Source: an uncultured Candidatus Sumerlaeota bacterium (GTDB lineage: Bacteria > Sumerlaeota > Sumerlaeia > SLMS01 > JAHLLQ01). From it: DNA of 42,655 bases. This document shows, piece by piece, positions 37,180 to 42,655 of this stretch. Positions within the stretch are counted from its first letter, which is position 1. The number at the start of each line of letters is the position of its first letter. The translations under genes were made by a program, and so were the position numbers. Location: positions 1 to 42,655 of the forward strand of contig CAZVAQ010000001.1 of NCBI GenBank assembly GCA_964625145.1, in the 5' to 3' direction. The notes beneath the pieces were generated by a model. It was not told the origin of the DNA, searched no databases, and saw only the letters and a program-made list of their open reading frames with translations.

Positions 37180-37657
37180 CCGCTGGCGGCAGGGCAGGTC
37201 TGCCTGTGCCCCGGGGATTGGCCGTCGGCGGGCTGGTGCGCGGCATTCAAGGAACGCCCGAATCAAGTCAGTCAAAACGTTGGTCTCCCCGCGCAGAGGC
37301 CCGATTGTCACTAAATCCCGCTCCCGCGCTCTCCCTTTCTTGGGTACCCGGGCACTCTTGGGACTTGAGCCAGTCCGTCAAGTGCAAAGTCCGGTCTTTT
37401 CAATCATCCAACCCCAATGTCTTTCAATCTGCCGCTGGCGGTAATTGATGATGGTGGGGTTCGTTTGAAAGCGTGGAGCAGGGTTCGGGCGTTGTCACCA
37501 CCACGATCAAAAAAAAACGCACTTGGAATCCGGCGGGACGCTGGCAGGAAACCGTTGCGGCCCCCGCGGACACTTCTCATAAAGCCTTTCTGCATCTGGA
37601 GGGAGAATCCTTCGCTCCCGCCACCTGCCTCAAACGCCCAAGCCGAGAGGAGCAATC

Positions 37658-39748
37658 GTGAAACAATATCGCACCGAAGATATCCGCAATGTAGCGTTTG
37701 TGGGGCACTCGGGGTCTGGCAAGACCACATTGGCAGAGACGCTCCTCCACATGAACGGCGTCATCGAGCGCCCGGGGACCGTCGAGGCAGGAAACACGCA
37801 GTCCGATTACGACCCGGAGGAGATCAAGCGGCAGTGCTCGATCAATGCCACGTTGCTCCCCTTCGAGGTCGATGGCATCAAGATCAACGTGCTGGATTGC
37901 CCGGGATTCCGGGATTTCGTGGGCGAGATCAAGAACGCGGTGCGTGCATCGGAGCTGGCCCTGGTCGTGGTGGACGCCACCAGTGGCGTGGAAGTGGGAA
38001 CGGAGTTCGCCTGCGATTTTGCGGACGAGTACCACATCCCCAAGGCTTTCTTCATCAACAAGATGGACAAGGAGCGGGCGAACTTCGACGTGGCGCTGGA
38101 GTCCATCGACACAGCATTTCCGAATGTCCACACCATCCCGGTGGTCCTGCCCATCGGATCTGAATCGAATTTCCGAGGGGTCATCGACCTGCTGCGCATG
38201 GTCGCGGTGATCAATGAGGGGAACGGCGTCAAGGAGACGCCCATACCAGCCGAGCTGATGGATGCGGCCAAGGAAGGCCGCCGCAAGTTGGTGGAGGCCG
38301 CCGCGGAGGGGAACGACGAGCTGACCGAGAAGTTTCTGATGGAGGAGGAACTGACGGACGAGGAGGTGATCCTCGGGCTGCGTCAGGACCTTGAAGCCGG
38401 GCGTTTCTGTCCGGTTCTATGTGGTTCAGCCACCAAGGAGATCGGCCTGGTCGTGCTGACCAACTTCCTGAAGGTCGAATGCCCTCCCCCGCACGAGCGC
38501 AAAGGCTTCCGTGGCTATGTGAAGGGCGCAGAGGGCGAGATCGAGCTGAAGCGCCTTTCGCGCGATGAACCGTTCAGCGCCTTTGTCTTCAAGACAGTCA
38601 ATGACGAGTTTGTCGGGCGGCTGTCGTTCTTCAAGGTCATCACCGGCGAGGCCAGGGGTGACGGCATGATCCTGAATGCGCGCACGGGCCAGACCTCGCG
38701 CGTGGGTCACGTGATCACCGAGCGCGGCAAGCAGCAAGTGCCGATCGATGCAATATCCACCGGCGACATTGGCGCGTTTGCGAAGTTGGAGAACACGCAC
38801 ACGGGCGACACGCTGCTGGATCCGCGCCACCCGGGAGTCGTGTACGAACCGACGCACATGCCGCCAACAACGGCGCACATCGCTATCGAGGCGAAGAATC
38901 GTTCCGATGAGGACCGCCTCGGGATGGCGATGCACAAGTTGCTGGAAACGGATTTGACGCTGAGTGTGGTGCGCGATCCCCTGCTCCACCAGACGGTGCT
39001 GTCCGGGATGGGTGACACGCATCTGGAGGTGGCGATTCACCGGCTGGAAGTCATGTCGAAGGTCCAGGTGAACACCGCGCCGCCGCGTGTGCAGTATCGC
39101 GAGACGATCAGCAAGGTTGGCGAGGGCCAGGGCAAATTCAAGAAGCAGACCGGCGGTCGCGGCCAATACGGCGATTGCTGGGTGCGCTTCAAGCCCCTCC
39201 CCCGCGGCGAGGGATTCCAGTTTGAGTGGAAGATCGTCGGCGGTGTGATTCCGACCAACTACCAGTCGTCGGTGGAGAAGGGCCTGCGTGCGGCGTTGGA
39301 TCGTGGCATCCTCGCGGGCTACCCGGTGATCGACATCAAGGCCGAATGCTACGACGGATCCTACCACGCGGTGGACTCTTCAGACGCGGCGTTCCAAGTG
39401 GCGGCTTCGCTGGCCTTCAAGAATGTGACGCCCAAGTGCGCCCCCCAATTGCTGGAGCCCATCAACCGGGTCACCATCACGGTGCCGGAGACCTACATGG
39501 GCGACATCATGGGCTACGTCAGCGGCAAGCGCGGTCGCATCGCGGGGAGCGAGTCGGAAGGGAACAAGGTCGTGATCACCGCCGATGTGCCGGCTGCGGA
39601 GATGTCCACTTTCAGCCGGGATCTGCGCTCGATGACTTCGGGGCGCTCGATCTTCGAGTCCACTTTTGACCACTACGAGCCGGTGCCGCCGGGCATCCTG
39701 GACAAGGTGATCGCCGAGGTGCGCATCGACCACCATGAGGCGGATTGA
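37658..39748 (+). CDS. Elongation factor G paralogue (EF-G-like translational GTPase)
   Basis: 696 aa with a GTG start and GAGAGGAG 5 nt upstream. G1 is VGHSGSGKTTL, G3 is DCPGFRDF and G4 is NKMD. EF-G domains II-V are recognisable (GDIGAFAKLENTHTGDTL, YRETI, GGRGQYGDCWVRFKPL, HAVDSSDAAFQVAASLAFK). It is not next to rpsL/rpsG/tuf. Confidence 0.85.
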   Translation: MKQYRTEDIRNVAFVGHSGSGKTTLAETLLHMNGVIERPGTVEAGNTQSDYDPEEIKRQCSINATLLPFEVDGIKINVLDCPGFRDFVGEIKNAVRASELALVVVDATSGVEVGTEFACDFADEYHIPKAFFINKMDKERANFDVALESIDTAFPNVHTIPVVLPIGSESNFRGVIDLLRMVAVINEGNGVKETPIPAELMDAAKEGRRKLVEAAAEGNDELTEKFLMEEELTDEEVILGLRQDLEAGRFCPVLCGSATKEIGLVVLTNFLKVECPPPHERKGFRGYVKGAEGEIELKRLSRDEPFSAFVFKTVNDEFVGRLSFFKVITGEARGDGMILNARTGQTSRVGHVITERGKQQVPIDAISTGDIGAFAKLENTHTGDTLLDPRHPGVVYEPTHMPPTTAHIAIEAKNRSDEDRLGMAMHKLLETDLTLSVVRDPLLHQTVLSGMGDTHLEVAIHRLEVMSKVQVNTAPPRVQYRETISKVGEGQGKFKKQTGGRGQYGDCWVRFKPLPRGEGFQFEWKIVGGVIPTNYQSSVEKGLRAALDRGILAGYPVIDIKAECYDGSYHAVDSSDAAFQVAASLAFKNVTPKCAPQLLEPINRVTITVPETYMGDIMGYVSGKRGRIAGSESEGNKVVITADVPAAEMSTFSRDLRSMTSGRSIFESTFDHYEPVPPGILDKVIAEVRIDHHEAD

Positions 39749-39770
39749 CCCGGAGCACCAGCAGGACCCC

Positions 39771-39804
39771 GACAGCCCCGGCGACCACCGGGGCTGTCAC
39801 TTTT
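39771..39804 (+). terminator. Rho-independent terminator of the EF-G paralogue
   Basis: An 11-bp perfect stem, GACAGCCCCGG (39771-39781) with CCGGGGCTGTC (39788-39798), and a 6-nt loop, followed by ACTTTT. Confidence 0.8.
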
Positions 39805-39839
39805 ATGCGCCTTGAGCGCATGATTCCTGCTGCATCCGC

Positions 39840-40310
39840 ATGGCATTGGGTGCACCCGAGTCAGCGACGACCATGACATCCGACGGCAAGTCCTTCTACG
39901 AGCTGCTGCAAGTCTCGCGCGATGCGAGTCCGGTGGTGATCGACGCGTCTTTTCGGGCGCTCATGAAAATCCACCATCCCGACCGCGGCGGAGACCACAG
40001 CCGAACGAAGGATCTGCTGGAGGCCCGGCGCGTATTGCTGGACGCCAAACTGCGCCAGGACTATGACCGGATGTTGCGTGAGCTGGAATGGCGCCAACAC
40101 CAACCGCCCACTCCCCCACCTTCCGCGCAGCCAATCCCGCCCGCCCGAACGCGGCTCGGCGACCTGCGAGAGCCCGAAGCGGGCGCAGAAGCGCACGAAC
40201 AGTTCAAGCGTCAAGTCGGCCAGGCACTCGAGATTCTTGGACCGTTTGTGCTGGTGGTGATCCTGCTGGGTTTGGCGCTGTTGGCGCTGTCGGGTGTGCT
40301 GCTGGGATAA
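39840..40310 (+). CDS. J-domain (DnaJ-like) protein with C-terminal transmembrane anchor
   Basis: It contains KSFYELLQVSRDASPVVIDASFRALMKIHHPDRGGD (HPD motif), a Pro-rich linker, and the C-terminal TM ILGPFVLVVILLGLALLALSGVLLG. The start is ATG 39840 or ATG 39873. Confidence 0.7.
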   Translation: MALGAPESATTMTSDGKSFYELLQVSRDASPVVIDASFRALMKIHHPDRGGDHSRTKDLLEARRVLLDAKLRQDYDRMLRELEWRQHQPPTPPPSAQPIPPARTRLGDLREPEAGAEAHEQFKRQVGQALEILGPFVLVVILLGLALLALSGVLLG

Positions 40311-40321
40311 GACGGTTCGGC

Positions 40322-40882
40322 TCAGATGGGGGCGAAGATTTCGGTCAACTTGACGACGAGACCTTCGGCGATGCCTTCGCAGTTCATTGCCACTCCGCTC
40401 GAAGCGATGAGCTTGCGTCCGTCGCGAAAGTAAACTTCCAGTTGCTCATTCTTGACGTCGACAATCCAGACCTGCTCGCTTCCCGCGTTTAGGTACTTCT
40501 TGCGTTTGAGAAGGACAGACAGCGCGGACTCAGACGGCGAGATTATCTCCACCGCCAGATCGGGAGCGAATTCAAGCCAAGTAGTCTCAAGCAACCCTTC
40601 CCTGCTGCGGAAGAGTGAAGCGTCCGGGCAAAGAATTGTGTCCGGATTCCTGGAGATCAGGAATCCATCGTTGTCGCCGCCATACCGGAATTCTCCTCCA
40701 CTGGTTCGGCAGAACTCGGCGAAGAGGAAGATGAACCGCAAGGCGATGCGATTGTGTTCGTAACGAGCCGGCGACACAGTAACGACTTCCCCATCAATGA
40801 GCTCTGTAAACTTCTCCCACCGCTCGTCCGCGGCGAATTGCTCCGCAGTGATTTGTTGGGGGGGCGACAGGATGACCGGCAT
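40322..40882 (-). CDS. Uma2-family (DUF820) PD-(D/E)xK endonuclease-like protein
   Basis: I chose the ATG at 40882 (MPVILSPPQQITAEQF..ELIDGEVVTVSPARYEHNRI...CPDASLF...PDLAVEIISPSES...KRKKYLNAGSEQVWIVD). This matches the Uma2 pattern with D / E-x-S / K catalytic-type residues. Confidence 0.75.
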   Translation of the reverse strand: MPVILSPPQQITAEQFAADERWEKFTELIDGEVVTVSPARYEHNRIALRFIFLFAEFCRTSGGEFRYGGDNDGFLISRNPDTILCPDASLFRSREGLLETTWLEFAPDLAVEIISPSESALSVLLKRKKYLNAGSEQVWIVDVKNEQLEVYFRDGRKLIASSGVAMNCEGIAEGLVVKLTEIFAPI

Positions 40883-40990
40883 GGCTGTGCACTCTTGAGG
40901 ATTCCACGGAAGGCTACAGGAACGACACGACCCCGTCAAACCAACTTTGGCGGGGCCGGATGAGGTTTTGAATAGTATTGGGGGGGGGCT

Positions 40991-41452
40991 TCAGGCCTGG
41001 TCGGTCTTCAGCAGGCTGCGGATTTCGGCGTTGAAATCCTGCAGGTCGTGGAACTGTTTGTAGACCGACGCGAAGCGCAGGTAGGCGACGTGGTCGACCT
41101 CCTTGAGCTCCTTGAGCACCAGACGGCCGATCTCCTCGGAGCTGACCTCGCGGTCAGCCTCGGTCATGAGCGTGCGCTCGATGTTGCGAACCATCTTGTC
41201 AATGGTTTGCGGAGAGACGGGGCGCTTCTCGCAGGCCTTCTGCAGGCCGGACTCCAGCTTCTGCAGGCTGAACGGTTCGCGGGCGCCGTTGCGCTTGGTC
41301 ACGACGAGTTCGAACTGCTCGACGTATTCAAAGGTCGTGAAGCGGCGATGGCACGATTGGCATTCCCGACGCCGGCGCACGGAATCGCCCGTCGCGGCGA
41401 CCCGCGAGTTGATGACGCGTGTGTCATCGGCGCCGCAGAATGGACAGTTCAT
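40991..41452 (-). CDS. nrdR: Transcriptional repressor NrdR
   Basis: 153 aa with the zinc ribbon MNCPFCGADDTRVINSR...CQSCHRRFTTFE followed by an ATP-cone. Confidence 0.92.
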   Translation of the reverse strand: MNCPFCGADDTRVINSRVAATGDSVRRRRECQSCHRRFTTFEYVEQFELVVTKRNGAREPFSLQKLESGLQKACEKRPVSPQTIDKMVRNIERTLMTEADREVSSEEIGRLVLKELKEVDHVAYLRFASVYKQFHDLQDFNAEIRSLLKTDQA

Positions 41453-41521
41453 CGGGAACGCGCTCGCAGAATCGGCGCCGCGGACCCGGCCAATCCGAGC
41501 CCGCGACGCACAAGGGGGAAG

Positions 41522-41851
41522 TTACTTGACGTGTTTGTTGATCATTGCCTGGAGCTGAGACTTGGGCACGGCGCCAAGCACGCGATCCTGCTCCTGACCG
41601 TTCTTGAACAGGATGAGCGTGGGGATGCTGGAGACGCCCCACTCGGCGGCGAGATCCGCGGCCTGGTCGATGTCCAGCTTGGCGATTTTCAGCTTTCCGG
41701 CGTTGTCCTTGGCCAGTTCCTCGACAATGGGGGCCAGCCGCAGGCACGGCCCGCACCACGTCGCCCAGAAGTCCACGAGCACCGGGGTTTCGGATTGGAG
41801 GACTTCCGCTGCGAAGGATTGATCACTGAGTTCGAGAACGCCTTGGGCCAT
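41522..41851 (-). CDS. trxA: Thioredoxin
   Basis: 109 aa with active site FWATWCGPC, plus KLDIDQ and IPTLILFKNG. Confidence 0.92.
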   Translation of the reverse strand: MAQGVLELSDQSFAAEVLQSETPVLVDFWATWCGPCLRLAPIVEELAKDNAGKLKIAKLDIDQAADLAAEWGVSSIPTLILFKNGQEQDRVLGAVPKSQLQAMINKHVK

Positions 41852-41935
41852 GATGGGTTCCCTTTCTGTTGGAATTGGGGCGGTTCAGCTGGAATGACGG
41901 CTCAACGAGAAGCTACAACAGATCCCGCGGCGAAT

Positions 41936-42655
41936 TCAAGTCATCCGCGCCTTCAATGATTGCACGGCTGATGCCAAGTCGAGCCGGCCCTCGTAAATCG
42001 CGCGCCCGGTGATCGCGCCGACGAGCGAGGGTATGCCCGCGTCGAGCAGCGCGTGGAGGTCCTCCACGCGCGAAACTCCGCCGCTGGCAACGAGTTCCAT
42101 CCCCGGCACGGCGTCGGCCATGGCGCGCATGGCGGGGATATTGGGCCCTGTCAGCAAGCCATCGGTGGCGATGTCGGTGTAAATAATTCGCCGGGCGCCG
42201 AGGTCGAAGAGCGCCTTTGCGAGGTCGGTGGCCGTCGTTTGTGCCGTTTCGACCCACCCCTTGATGGCGACATAGCCATCCTTGGCGTCCACGCCCATGA
42301 TGACCCGGCCGGGAAAGTGCTTGAGTAAATCAGAGACAAGTGCATGATCCTCAATGGCCTTGGTGCCGAGAATGACATCATGGACCCCGGCCCCGAAGGC
42401 GGTCTCCGCCGCGGCGCGGGAGCGAATCCCTCCGCCCAGTTCGACGCGCATGGATGTCGCGCGGGCGATCTCCCCCACCAGATCCAGATTCCCGAACTCT
42501 CCGCTGAACGCGCCATCCAGATCGACGACATGCAATCGCGTGGCTCCAGCCTCCTCGAAGGCCCGTGCAAACGCGACCGGGTCGTCGGAGTACACGGTGC
42601 ATTGGTCGCGCTTGCCACGCGACAAGCGCACGACGCGCCGCTCCAGCAAATCAAT
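41936..42655 (-). CDS. hisA: Phosphoribosylformimino-5-aminoimidazole carboxamide ribotide isomerase HisA (5' end beyond the window)
   Basis: Motifs IDLLERRVVRL.., ATRLHVVDLDGAF, ELGGGIRS, RIIYTDIATDGLLTGPN and ASGGVS are present. The ORF runs off the right edge, so the N-terminus is missing. Confidence 0.85.
   Translation of the reverse strand: MDLLERRVVRLSRGKRDQCTVYSDDPVAFARAFEEAGATRLHVVDLDGAFSGEFGNLDLVGEIARATSMRVELGGGIRSRAAAETAFGAGVHDVILGTKAIEDHALVSDLLKHFPGRVIMGVDAKDGYVAIKGWVETAQTTATDLAKALFDLGARRIIYTDIATDGLLTGPNIPAMRAMADAVPGMELVASGGVSRVEDLHALLDAGIPSLVGAITGRAIYEGRLDLASAVQSLKARMT

Noticed and set aside
41048-41959. 303-aa plus-strand ORF opposite nrdR and trxA.
   Set aside because: It is antisense to two short genes with textbook motifs (NrdR zinc ribbon, WCGPC). 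Its translation has no motifs and is Ala/Arg/Leu/Gly-rich.

Overview
This is a GC-rich, densely packed bacterial chromosomal window with about 31 protein genes. Several gene junctions show 1-4 nt start/stop overlaps (ATGA/GTGA/TTGA/TGATG at 2099-2102, 4009-4013, 10980-10983, 21329-21332, 24517-20, 26811-14, 36529-32). I found no rRNA, tRNA, CRISPR array, transposase or integrase. Most content is housekeeping. It includes a complete Na+-translocating methylmalonyl-CoA decarboxylase operon (carboxyltransferase, OadG-like subunit, biotin carrier, OadB-like pump) ending in birA. It also includes a DUF167 / purine nucleoside phosphorylase / DksA-like operon, then alaS, a GNAT gene, pyrG, nadB, anmK, an LD-carboxypeptidase, a DnaC/DnaI-like AAA+ loader, rex, and dprA-priA plus a coupled polytopic membrane protein. 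The right end carries an EF-G paralogue, a J-domain membrane protein, a Uma2 nuclease, nrdR, trxA and a partial hisA. Two parts look accessory or surface-related. One is a CAP-domain protein next to a 1,069-aa secreted GH18/lamin-tail/LamG-like protein. The other, the best candidate for something undescribed, is a minus-strand three-gene unit: a prepilin-type pseudopilin, a 282-aa secreted protein with no motif I recognise, and a 2,622-aa giant protein. The giant protein combines a degenerate metzincin-like domain, FG-GAP repeats, five thrombospondin type-3 repeats and an IPT-like domain. Other oddities are listed as findings: a histone-H1-like Lys/Ala/Pro tail fused to a DksA domain with a rearranged zinc finger, a large soluble insertion in the OadB-like pump subunit, an 18-bp perfect palindrome inside the mmd operon, a 9-bp-phased GTGGAC repeat upstream of nadB, and a low-GC convergent spacer with terminator-like structures. 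All family calls come from motif recognition by eye in the supplied translations. No database search was run. The many long antisense ORFs are treated as GC-driven artefacts.
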